DNA of 64,000 nucleotides from Perna viridis (lineage: Eukaryota): the NCBI GenBank assembly GCA_037379345.1, contig CM074520.1:2356001-2420000 (forward strand), read 5' to 3'. Within the stretch, counting starts at the first letter, position 1. Each line of letters starts with the position of its first letter. Under the pieces are notes generated by a model. It made no database searches and was not told the DNA's origin. It was given only the letters and a program-made list of their open reading frames with translations. This document shows positions 24,401 through 37,100 of the stretch, piece after piece. The position numbers and the translations under genes were made by a program.

Positions 24401-27400
24401 TCGGGTCTATCAGAAAGTGCGACCAAATGGTGTTTAATTTCAAAGTTTAACATGAAGCGCTAGAGAAGTTCACAACTCTTTGGAGACAATGCCTCAGAAT
24501 AGAAAAATGAAGTGTGACAGTTGCATGATCAGATCCCCCCTTACAGGCACCAAAATGGTTCCAGAAGTATTGACTCTATGATTACTCTGTAAACAGGACC
24601 ATAGGATCATGGCCATACTCATTAGCACCATGTCTTCTGCTAAAATTTCCATTTCATTGTAACTTATAACATCTCAGTTTTCAATATTCAGGACTCAACA
24701 TACATGTAAATTTCTTTTTATGCCTACAACAAGCAAACTCCAGGTAGTTGGCAAGCACCTACTGATCCTAACTGTTTGCTTGATGTTCTCATTGGCTTAT
24801 GTACAATTTCTGAAGTTTATCTTGGCTATGAGTATTAAGAACCCTGTAGGTATTGCAATTCCCTTTGATTTCATTTAAGAATTTTTACTGGTATAACTCT
24901 CTGAAATAAAAACCCAGCAAAATATTACATACCAGCAGCATTCTCCTTCATCTATTTGTCAGCATTTTATTTTATTTGACAACCAAAGAAATTCTAAAAT
25001 GCAATAATCATTTCATGATGTTAGCTAAGTGGACTAAAATAAAAAATATCAAAGACCAAAAATTATCCAATAGTTTAACATCAAACTAAACGATAACATA
25101 ACTCACAGAATTTGCAAAAAAGCTATTACAGAATTATCCTAATTGCCTGTAAAATCATTAGACAAAAGTGAACAAGATAGAAATTAACACAACTTCAGCT
25201 AATTGCTTGTTTTACAAGAGCAGTCCACAGATGATATATTTCGCACATGCAGGCATGATGTAACACATATATTATGTAACTTCAGAGGGATATGACTACT
25301 TGCATGCAAGCTTAACACTATAATAGAAACTTAACAACTATTATATTTTCTAATGAGGAACAGGGTACTTTCGGTCTGAAGAGCAACTTTGGTCATTGGC
25401 ATCACAGAATCAGCATTTGACTAACTTTGGAGAAAATACATAAGGACATTAGTGTCTATTCAATGTTTTCTAACACCTGAATACTTCAGTCTTGGAGTTG
25501 AAATAAATTATGAAGGGCTTGGGCTACAAAATGGAACTACCTGGTTCACTTCCTACATTTTAGTCATTATTGGCCCTTTTCTATTGGTAGAACTTTCTGG
25601 TTAAAATTGTCAGCATTCTATCTAGACCCCCCCTATAGTGAAAATTCCAATAGATAAACTGGCTTGTTTTGGTTTGATTGGCATTAATTAATTGCCTTTG
25701 TACTGATAAAGGTCATCTAAGGTCAACTTTAGAAGCACCCCATAACATATGTTCTTTTGTATATAAACATATGGTGATCTGCAAAATTAGATCCTGGCCT
25801 TAAAAGCAAGGTGATGCAAGAATTTAATAAAATGCTCTGTCAAGTGCAGCTTGATAATACCACTCTTAGAGGAAATGTTGAATATGTTTCTTGTATATAT
25901 GGGCCAAGAATAAGTGTTTGATACAATGCAGACTTTTTACCATTGAACAGATTTTTTTCTGATCATACTTAAAACACTCTTGGAACTATGATAAATATGT
26001 AGGAGTTACTTTATATGTAGATAACTTCATGGATAGAATGTGTTTAAGTGTAAATAAGCCACGTGCTATACATACTTCACTTACATATAAAATAGGTTAA
26101 CTAAAATCCTAACTAATCAAAGACATACAAAAAATATATAAATTTCATAAAATTTGGCACTTCAAGTTAAATATAATAATATTGGAGAATCACACAATAT
26201 CACAAGATTCTTTGACAAAAAATTACATATGTTTACAATGTAAAATATTGGCAAGGTATTAGTAATACTTCATTTTTCCCAACAAGGCCAAGTGCCAAAC
26301 AACAAACGAATAATAGTCACATTCTTTACTTGTTACATAATACGACAAACATTAAGTTATGTGGGAAAGGAGAGAACAGATGAAAAAGGTCTGAGAATGT
26401 GCGAAAAGTTCTAAAATTTCAATGAAATGTTCAGCAGTATGTATTTCATAACAGTGAGTCAGGATATATAATCTGCCATTTTTACTTAGCTTTTTGTATA
26501 ACACATGTAACTTTAACAGGATGTCAAATAGTTTTATACCAAAGTCACAAGTTGTAAGTGAAAATAGCATTTCTCTGATTTCACAAAAACTTGTGTATTT
26601 TAAATTTTACACATTACATCTGTGACATATAATCCAGATTTATATAAAAATTTTGCAAAGCATTTAAAATAATTTCCTTTGATTCATAGAAAACATTAGA
26701 AGTCAAAAATACATGTATTATATTCAGTATCATGTTTGTAATTTAGTCTTTTGCTTGTCACATAATTATTACAATAATTTACCATGGAAATAGCATGGTA
26801 CTTTAAATCTGTTTGGTTTGCATATGGATTTTTTATGACTTACTACTCCAAAGTCAAATAACAATTTTTCTATGCTAATTTGTGATTTGCTCAAACTGCA
26901 TAAGCAATAACAGTGTACCTACTCATAACATCATTGACACAATATAAGTTACTTCTGTATTATACTATGCAATGACATAACATCACTTCAATTTTTTTAA
27001 CTACTATGACAAATCATAAAACAGCTGTTAATTTCAAAGATGCTTCATCATTCTCCTTAAAGAACAAAGAAAAGAGAAAATTCAGACAGAAAATATTAAC
27101 ACAGTTTTTTCTTGTCTTTCACCCAGTGTCTTATCAGTTACTTCCAAGATGTAATTAACATTACCAGTCCATCAGCGATTTATTTTCGTTACATCACCAA
27201 AAAAAAAAAAAACTTTCATGTCTTAGCTTTAAAGTTTTTCATCAGTCATTATCCAACTAATGTTTCATCTGGATCTACTCCAAATTCTCCCTAAGTGACA
27301 AATAATTTCTCCCAACTGTTTGTCTTCAATGAGTACCAGTCTACTGTATGTACTGTAGCATGTCAGAGTCCTAGACCTCAGGGAGCCACAGCTTTCACTT

Positions 27401-30400
27401 GATTATTTACTTTGTCAAAAAATTCTATAGACAAGACAACTACAAAAAGATATGTAGATGTAACAGTATTGGTTTAAAGACACCAAACTATTAATTGATT
27501 TGAATAATGAATTCTGAGTTATGTCAATTTTAGAGATTATGCTTGAAATCCTCCATGATACGGTTTTGATAGCAGTAAATACATGTAATTGCATGATCAA
27601 AGCAACAACTTCAAATAGATCTGCGGTCAATTTTACAAAGAGTTTTTAGTTATATCCTTTCGAAAGCCTTGTGACATCAATACAAAAACTATTATTGTGA
27701 AATTGACAACTGTTAGAAAAGTGTATCTCCAACAGTATAAATATCTGCATTAGAATATTAGAAGTCTCTGCAAGGTTGATTATTTTAACTCCACACAGCC
27801 AAGGTCAGACAAAAAATAAACCAAAAAGATTATAAATGAATTATCCATTATCTTAGGTAATTACTCTTCCACTGATTCTGGAAGCAGATTTTTTGTCTAT
27901 TGGTGGAGTTCTTAGATTTATGTATAACAAACAAATGTTAAATACTAGTTACCATAAATCAATCATATATGTCATAATAAAAAAGCCAGTAACCCTAGAA
28001 AATAAAAGGGTCCTTGACCAAAACCCTCCATTATTGAATAAACTAAGTGTAATCCAACCTACAACAACTGAAAAATCTAAGTTGGGTAAAAATTTTAGTG
28101 GTTTTCAATGAATCAAACCAACTAGGATTTTAAATTCCTGGTGAGAGACAATTTTCTATTAGTCATTACATGGACTGTTTTATAAGAAACAATAAGGAAC
28201 CTGAAGCTGGCAAAATCAGAAATAAATATAAAGTTAAATTCAATGAACAGTAAAATAGGCATTTAAAAAGTGGAAACCTGCTAAAGTGAGAGAAGAAAAC
28301 CATACCTAAAACTAGCATGCTCTAGTTAATTTCACTTGTTCAAACCGTCCTGAAGGATTAAAATGGCATATGACCTTGAAAAATTGATAAACATAAATAT
28401 CCAGTACCGGGTATTTTTGATAGTAGACAGTTGTTAATTATCAGCTTCTTTGAAATATGGTGAAAAGTTCTTTCTACATATCTTTAATATAATAAGATAC
28501 ATAATGTATATTTCTCAGCAACTGTTGCTGTACGGACTTAAAATGTTCACTTAAGTAAAGTCCTTCAGATGTATGGTTTCTATCTCTCCAATAACATCCA
28601 CATCAAGCTTTATTAACTCTGTGAGATTGATATATGCAACTTCGCAATGGATATCATCAGGATCAGAGATAGACACACTCTAAACTCTCTGCATTACTGT
28701 ATTACTTAGCAAAACTTAAATCTGCTGAACAGTAGAATCAAGATGGATGGTGAATACTGGTAAGTATTTGACAGTTAAGATGTGCATTTAAAAAAATCAT
28801 AAGGGAGACTTGTAGCAAGCTTTGGTCAGGAAAAAAAACCAGTCATCATAACTACAAAACCAATCAGGATCCAGAGATCATTCTATTCCACATTTCATTA
28901 ATGGTTTATACACACCCGTACTGCCAAATATTGATATTATTGGCACCTCAGCAACTTTTCCATACCACCTCGATAAGCCAATAAAATAGATTCCAAGTAA
29001 ATTGTCAGATATCAACTGACTTTATACTTTGTTCAAATCAATTCTGATAATAGAAAAAAGAAAAATGTTTTTTCAATTTTCACAAGTCAGAAATAACAGA
29101 TAGTTTATCTAACATTTAAAATACCTCGCACCTGAATCAGCTTACATCCTTTGTTTTCATTGGTTTTGATGAAAGAGAGTTTGGTTTAATATATTTCTGC
29201 ATAAAAATCCAGCTGGTATACCTATAATATTATCAACTTTAACATATATAACTGAGAATGAAATGTTTTTTGGGTACAAACTCATCACTTACAACTGAGT
29301 ATTTACTAAGATATTTTGAAGCTATGATGTTTGTATATCTAGTGTACCATGAGAAATATACTTAAATTAAATGTTGAAGGTAACATTTTACAGATGAAGT
29401 GAATGTATCTATAAGTGGATTTATTTATAATTTTTACTGTACTACATTTGCAGGGTTTCCACAAATTTATATTGGTGAATTTTATACTAGAAAATTGTTA
29501 ATATTGTGAAAAGAAATTCTCACTATCGTTGAAGAAACTAATATCCCTTTGCAGCATGTATGCCATATTTATCCAAAAGCATGTTGAAAACTTTTAAATT
29601 CCTGACAATATACAATCCAAATAGTGATCTCACACTGCTAAAATTTCATGAGAACCTTGTAAGTAATAAAATTTTAGTTCTGGATGATGTAATATCGGAC
29701 AGAAAAAAAGACTGAAATCTTAGACTTTGTTTGTAGAGAGTATGAAAAAACCTGACATTAAAGACATAAAACATAAAGTGTGATTCCATATAAATTCTTA
29801 GATTTAAATTGTAATACAATTTACCACCAGGTTTTTGTTCCCTTGAAAATGGCTTCACATAAAAAAGATTAAATGCTGAGACAATTATATAACCTCATTC
29901 ATCTTAATAAAAACCAAAATTTCACAATATCTGAACCCTTTGAAAACCAAATCAGTTTCCATAGCAACAAAATTTAATAAATCAGACAGACCTATAAGGA
30001 GAAGATAAAACAACAACACTCAATTTGTCATTGCTTCAAAAATTGTATTGACTTTATATACACTGCAGTTCCCAATGGAAAGATTAACTCAACATTCTAG
30101 GATTTTGTTGTATCATTTTAAACCTACAATTGTCTTCTGCTTTGATCGATAGGTTTACCAGGAAAAGTCAAATGAGAGAATGTGAATATCCTGTTGATAT
30201 GAAACAGATATACAGAATCACCATATACAGTAGGGAGAATATTATTGCTTTATTGATGAGAAGAAGGTGGTGTGATAGTTCGGTGGTGAGAAAAAAAGCG
30301 GGAGACTTGTAAGACAGGAATTAATCTGAAATATTTTTTCATAGAATTCCGGTGCAAATTTCAAGTGCTGTGGAGTGCATCTGATAATGAGATCAAATAA

Positions 30401-31137
30401 AATTCTGTTACTGAAACTACATTCCAGTATATTTGGTCATCCCAACTTGATTTTCTGTTAAAGTGAATTTTAAAAATTTATTTTTGGAAGGGGGAATTCC
30501 AATGACTTTCATGCCATAATATTAAAACACATGAAAATAAAATACAGCTGTTTTACAGTTGGAAATATTGGTTCTGTCTGAGATGTTCAAAACTGATGTG
30601 ATTATGTTTATTAGGGACGTCAAAGCGGTAGCCTGGGATAAGAAATTATACAATTTTGGGTTGTGCTGACCACTTGTAATTGGATAAAACCTTCGATCCA
30701 AATAAATGGAATAGCAATGCGCAGATGAAAGTTAAATATAGAAAATCTACCTGCCATTGATGAAAATATTTGAATGAACAATATGCAAATGACCATAAAA
30801 GGAAAATCCATCCACCAATGAGAATGATGTTAAGACTAATATAGCACTTTCAAACAACTTGACCTGAATGTCCTGACTAAAATAGTTCAATAAGGCCACT
30901 GGCCAGTGTGTATACTGGACCAGGACACCAAGACAAAAATAGATTTTACCTAGTAATAACCAAATTATTTCAAGAAATATAGTTTGATACAAAGCTTAAT
31001 TCATTTCCCCATAATATATAGATAAGCAAAATCGTACAAAAAAACTCCCATAACCATCTATGATTATTTAGACAGTCAGTAGATCTTGTGAACAGATTTG
31101 TCTAACCCTCTAACAGAATCTACTGACTGTCTAAATT

Positions 31138-31709
31138 ACCATAGACAGTCACCTGGCAGCTAACCAGACAGTCACCTGGGAGCTTACCATAGACAGTCAC
31201 CTGGCAGCTAACCATAGACAGTCACCTGGGAGCTACCCATAGACAGTCACCTGGCAGCTTACTATAGACAGTCACCTGGCAGCTACCCATAGACAGTCAC
31301 CTGGCAGCTAACCATAAACAGTCACCTGGCAGCTTACCATAGACAGTCACCTGGCAGCTAACCATAGACAGTCACCTGGGAGCTACCCATAGACAGTCAC
31401 CTGGGAGCTTACTATAGACAGTCACCTGGCAGCTACCCATAGACAGTCACCTGGCAGCTAACCATAGACAGTCACCTGGCAGCTTACCATAGACAGTCAC
31501 CTGGGAGCTAACCATAGACAGTCACCTGGCAGCTTACCATAGACAGTCACCTGGTAGCTAACCATAGACAGTCACCTGGCAGCTAACTTGACAGTCACCT
31601 GGCAGCTAACCATAGACAGTCACCTGGCAGCTAACCATAGACAGTCACCTGGGAGCTAACCATAGACAGTCACCTGGCAGCTAACCATAGACAGTCACCT
31701 GGGAGCTTA
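31138..31709. repeat. Minisatellite, 25/26-bp unit (ACCATAGACAGTCACCTGGCAGCTA), about 22-23 copies
   Basis: Direct reading; variants GGCAG/GGGAG and CTAACC/CTTACC/CTACCC. Confidence 0.97.
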
Positions 31710-34063
31710 CAACTTATCAGGCAGTAGAAACAATGAGAAATTGCTAAAGTCGTTGATTAACAGATTTTAAGTGGTGTATACTTAAAAAAAGTATCAAATT
31801 GAAGTCATCCACTTATATAATATAGTAATATATTAATTTACAACTCAAATATGCAACATTTAATATTTCATACATGATTGTTACTAACTACTTCTAAAAT
31901 GTCTAATGAAGGGTGAAATGGAACAATAGGAAGCCAAATTAAAATTCCTTAACATGAACTTACATGTAAAGTATACCTAAGTCCACCAAACATAAGATAA
32001 CACAACAAAAAACACTGTCATTATGGGTATCATCCACTCACTTCTGTAAAAAAGCTCAAATTCTTGAACATTGTATTTCCTTACAACAAAAGTCTCTGAT
32101 TTCACTGATAGTGGAGAAAATCATTACATTACTTTAAAACGTCTAAATAACCCCAAACTTCCTCTTACTAAACACAGTGTATTGAATTTTACAAAACAAA
32201 AACCGCAAACCCACTGCAAGCAATAATTATATGTAATTATAAAAACTTCTATCAGTTGGTTAATAATGTCAAAATATTTAAATTTTGACAAGCTGGTAGA
32301 GAGTAAAGGTCAATAGGGTTGGCTAATAATTGAGAGGAACCCCATCTATTGTGTGTAACAAGTATGTTATGAATGTAGGAGGGATGCAGTATTCACTAAA
32401 GGTGGGTTATGACCCTATAATGCAAAATAAACCTTTGTGGTTCATACTCGTTGACCTTCTATGGTGACCCTTGACGAAATAATCAATAACATCTTTAATC
32501 ACCCATCTCCCACTATTCAATAAAATGCAAACCTTTTCACAAGCAGGACTGTGCATATTTGAATTATTTCAGTAATTCTTAATTTTATTACTTAATTTTT
32601 TGCCATCCTACAGAGCATTAAATGGTTATCTATATTATTTATTTAGGCAGAGCAGCACTTGATCTGAATTCTTCTTATATCTATAAAGAAGATAACTATA
32701 AATTCATTTATTGTGATATTTATATCATTGTGAATATTGGGACTTGATTGAGATCAAAACATTATTTATCTACTCTATATGTAATGAATCAAAATAGTGC
32801 AATAAAATTTAACATTAATTTGTTTTTGTAGCATTCCTAACAGTCTACAGATAACTTGCCCATCAAAGATAAAACTACATGTAAAAGTTCTAAATTCCAG
32901 GTAAAACCAAGCATTAGATTGTCATTCTTAAAAACCCAAATAATTATGAACAAGGCTAAGCATGATACGCCCAGCCAACCTTTTTTGGTGCTGGATTGGT
33001 CCCATATCTCTGAATTTAAAAATTTCAAAACAGTTTGAAATGAAAGATGATTGGGAATAAAGACAAGCATTTTATCTTAATCATTTAAATTTATCAAAGT
33101 TTTTTAGTGGTTGTATGATATGTGTACAGATGGACTGACCACCAGACAGCAGTATTTCATAAAACATCCCCAAAAAGATAGAAGAAAAAAAATTATCAAC
33201 CCAAAAAAATCATGGAGAATTTTACCAGTCAAGTAGAATTGTTCTGCCATTATTCTTTGTCTTACAGTATAATAGATGATACTTTCATACACAAATAGAA
33301 AGATAACTCAACCAAAACATCAGCTGATTCCAAACAAAACAATGTTGATTACACAAAGTAGCATGGCTTCATTCATAGCTATTGTAGTTTTTGTTCTAAA
33401 TTACATAGGTTTTGATGCCATGCCAGGCAGTAAACCTGTATTTCATATCAAGTTATAGTATTCATAGACTACTTTTAGAACTTAACAAAACCATGACAAA
33501 CTACTGGAATTGTTGATAGAAAAACAGTGGTGAAAATTCGTGTAAGGATTGGAGTGATGAATGATGTATAGATATTCAGTATGGTAAAATTGAGAGTGTG
33601 AAAAGTTTCTACTATGACAAGGATTGGTCCTTTGTCTTGTCAAAGTTATTATAGTTAACAGAAATAAACTTGTTAAGTCCGGATTCTGGTTTCTTAACAA
33701 ATAACATCATTGAAATTTGTAACTGAAATAAATATCTTGACATGCATTTATTAAGTGAACTTTCCATCCTTATACTTCTATAGTATTCCTTTTAAGTTTT
33801 TGCCTATCAGCTTGGTTCCTTACTCCAATGGGGTATGTAAGTCTCGTCATGTGACTCTGTGGTTTCGTAAGAATGGGTCCTAGTCTACCATTCAAATGTA
33901 TGAAGATTCGTCATTAACATAACATTGAGTTAAATATTAAAAGCAAAGTATCTATTTTGGGTAAAAATACTGATTAAAAATGACAATTATCAAGTTCTAA
34001 GAGATAAAAATGTTTAGAATACCATAAAATAGAAGATTTTGCATTGTGAAGCAGCATTTGAAT

Positions 34064-34149
34064 TTCCCGGAAGTACACACTAAAATGCATATCGGTCTTC
34101 GGATTTCAATACGTTCTACACCGGAAATTCCGGAAGGGAAACTGAAACT
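34064..34149. promoter_or_regulatory. Candidate enhancer with STAT (GAS), NF-kB-like/ETS and IRF (ISRE) motifs
   Basis: TTCCCGGAA at 34064-34072, GGAAATTCC at 34123-34131 and GGGAAACTGAAACT at 34136-34149, in a CpG-retaining patch. Motif match only. Confidence 0.4.
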
Positions 34150-37100
34150 AGAATGAGACTTACAAACCCTATTATGGTTAATGAAGAAAAATGGTAACTA
34201 TCGATATACATATGTATATGTAATCTCAGTGATCAAAATATTTAAATCTACAGAATAAATAATATGAAATATATATATATGCTACAGACTAATGTAGCAG
34301 GTCTATATCAATGATACTCAACAGTATAAAATGTCTTTGTAAAAAAATATAAAACTTAGTCAATCATAATAAACAGTAGTACAGGCATGCATCCTTAATA
34401 CCTACCTTACACCATTCTGTGGCTTTAAATGAATCACACTATCATTCTGTTATCTGTAAATAAAAAATAGTATAATTAAGCTAGTATTTATCATCATACA
34501 AGGAATATCATGCAATTTGGAAGCCTATTGACACATTTTTAAGTAATATTACTTACTCACGATTTCATGACGTTTTATTCTTTCTATGACAACTATTTCC
34601 AAATGGAAATCCATGAAAGAAATAATTGCCTTATTTAATTGGAAACTACATGTATCTATATATAAACCAAGGACACAAAAGTATACATACTTCTACATGT
34701 ATTTAAAGTAGAACAAAAGACGCAAGGATCCTAAACTATCATTAACAGTCACTTTTGTTATAATACTGTAATTGACAAATTACTTCTACTCTCCAATTAT
34801 ATATTGACATGAAATACCACTCCACTGACTAAACTGGTCCAACAAAATGAAATGCGAGATTCTATAATCCTCATCTATGTTTGAATCATACAACACAAAA
34901 AATGAAAGTAAATATTTTCTTTAATATTCCATACCACACTTAAGACACTTGAAATTTGACTACAAAGATTGCTTGTTCAAAGATGATAATAATGTCATAT
35001 GAAACTGCAACCTTTTAAGTGTCCTATTAAAATGTTTACCGAAGATTTTTTATGAACATTTACACATTTGAACATAAAATATTCAAAAAACGCACATAAA
35101 ACGAATGAAAATTGAATCTATCAAGAGGTTAAACTGTACAATAGGTTTGGATCTTAACAACACAATTTTCACAGTTGTGATCCATTCAAGTAAACTTAGA
35201 TAACTCTTAACCCCCTAAATCCATGCTGTGTGCCATGTGCCTTATCCTGACCCGTAAATGTGTCAACATGACTTTATTGTCCTTCCTAATCCAAGGGACT
35301 ATATCATAAATTATCCCTAAAAATCCCTAGGTTATCTTAATAATAATAACCTTAGATTAAATTATCTAATCAATTACAACATACAAATACCTGTAAGGTA
35401 ATTTACCTGTGATTGTGGGGGAGGACCAAGTCTGAGGTCAATATTGATTATCTGTCTGAGTGATTGATCTTTCAATTAATCAAGGTAATCAACTTTTCAC
35501 AAAAGGTCCCCCAGAAATGGACAATAAGACTGTCCTGTTATCCTGTACAAAGTCCAACAAGGTGAGAATTAGAACTGATTAACCTTTTCTCACCTGGGTA
35601 TTACAGGTGAGCTAATTAAGATCAAAGGGAATTTGTATATTTGGTATATTTACTAATAATATACAACTTGACAAGGTGAGAAATTGACAAATATTAAAGG
35701 ATTGCTATCCACAAGATAAATTCCTACATTAATACTTCATACTATTGTTAATTCAAATTTTGTACAACAAACAGGAAAACAAGAGCATTTAGAACATGCT
35801 ACATACTGTACATTGTACATTGGAATTTTAATTGCAGTTAACAGTAATATTAATTTGGAAATATTAAATTCATCAGGGATATCTATTACCTCAAACTTTA
35901 TTCATTTTAACTCATTGAAATGAAATATTATATTCAAAGTAAAAATTAAAATACAATCAGCATTTTTTCTTCATTTTCATTAAAAAAAATTCATTAATTC
36001 AAAAAGTAACACCACAAACAAAATTTCATTTAGACAAGTTATTCCAATGTAAAAAACATTTGGTGAACTGAAATATCCCTTTTTGATACATGTACACAAA
36101 TCACACAGCTGCTGTGCATTCTGCAATATCACCCCTTATAGTGGTAATTTATGTCCCCAATAAATTCAACTTGAAAAAATTCAATTTTAAGCTGAAACAT
36201 TTTAATGTTTAAATGGATGTGTCAAGTGGCTTTTTCACATAAGAGACCATTACAATTAGAAAAACAAACATATTGCTAAAAGAATGCATTTTTACATTAC
36301 TAAAACATTAAGTGGTATCTTATAACACTTACATAGCATATACTAGCATTGATTAAGGACTGAAACTTGTCACAGTAAACTTTGAAAAATGTATAACAAT
36401 TTTCAAGAAAATAATTACCTTACCACAATATATCCTTAAACCTCTGGAATCTTAATCAGAATTCCAACTAAAATTGATCAGTGACTAAACTGTCTTTTAC
36501 TTAGCAACAAACTCACTGAAATAAATTTTCCAAAATTGCACTAAGTATTATTTATGTTGGATTGTAATGACAGAGACAGCCAAGAGCAGACAGATTTGTT
36601 TGTTTATCTTTCACCTGATACACAACACATGCTTGTCTCTAACTCAACTATGATTTATGCCCTAATTATCTCCCCTTATTAGTGGAACCATGGGAGTCAC
36701 ATTGACCCATGTGGTGTCCACTGAGGGCAGCCATGTTTGATAAATGACCAATGTATGGAGATCAAAGATGTAAAGGAGGGCAGGTCTGTCTAAATTGTGT
36801 CCTGTGGTCAGTCTGTTTGGAGAGATAATTAGATATTAGTTTCACAACAAATTATGACAAATGACTTCAAGTGAGCAATTTTCCACTTTGTCAAACAGGT
36901 TCAAAGCTAGCCCCTGGCTAGTGTGTGATAAGGAACAATACAAAGTGTGCCTGATTTAATTTTACAGAAATTAATACTGAATTATAGAAGGAAATCTAAT
37001 ACTATTAAAGATGGTTTAAACAGATATAAATATGTGCTGTTAATCTATAAGCCATACTTCATTCCAGTCCTATTATACTCAGGGTCATAGAAGCTGGGCA

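Noticed and set aside
15660-31709. 25-38-bp repeat arrays as CRISPR arrays
   Set aside because: Units are head to tail with no unique spacers, there are no cas genes, and the context is eukaryotic.
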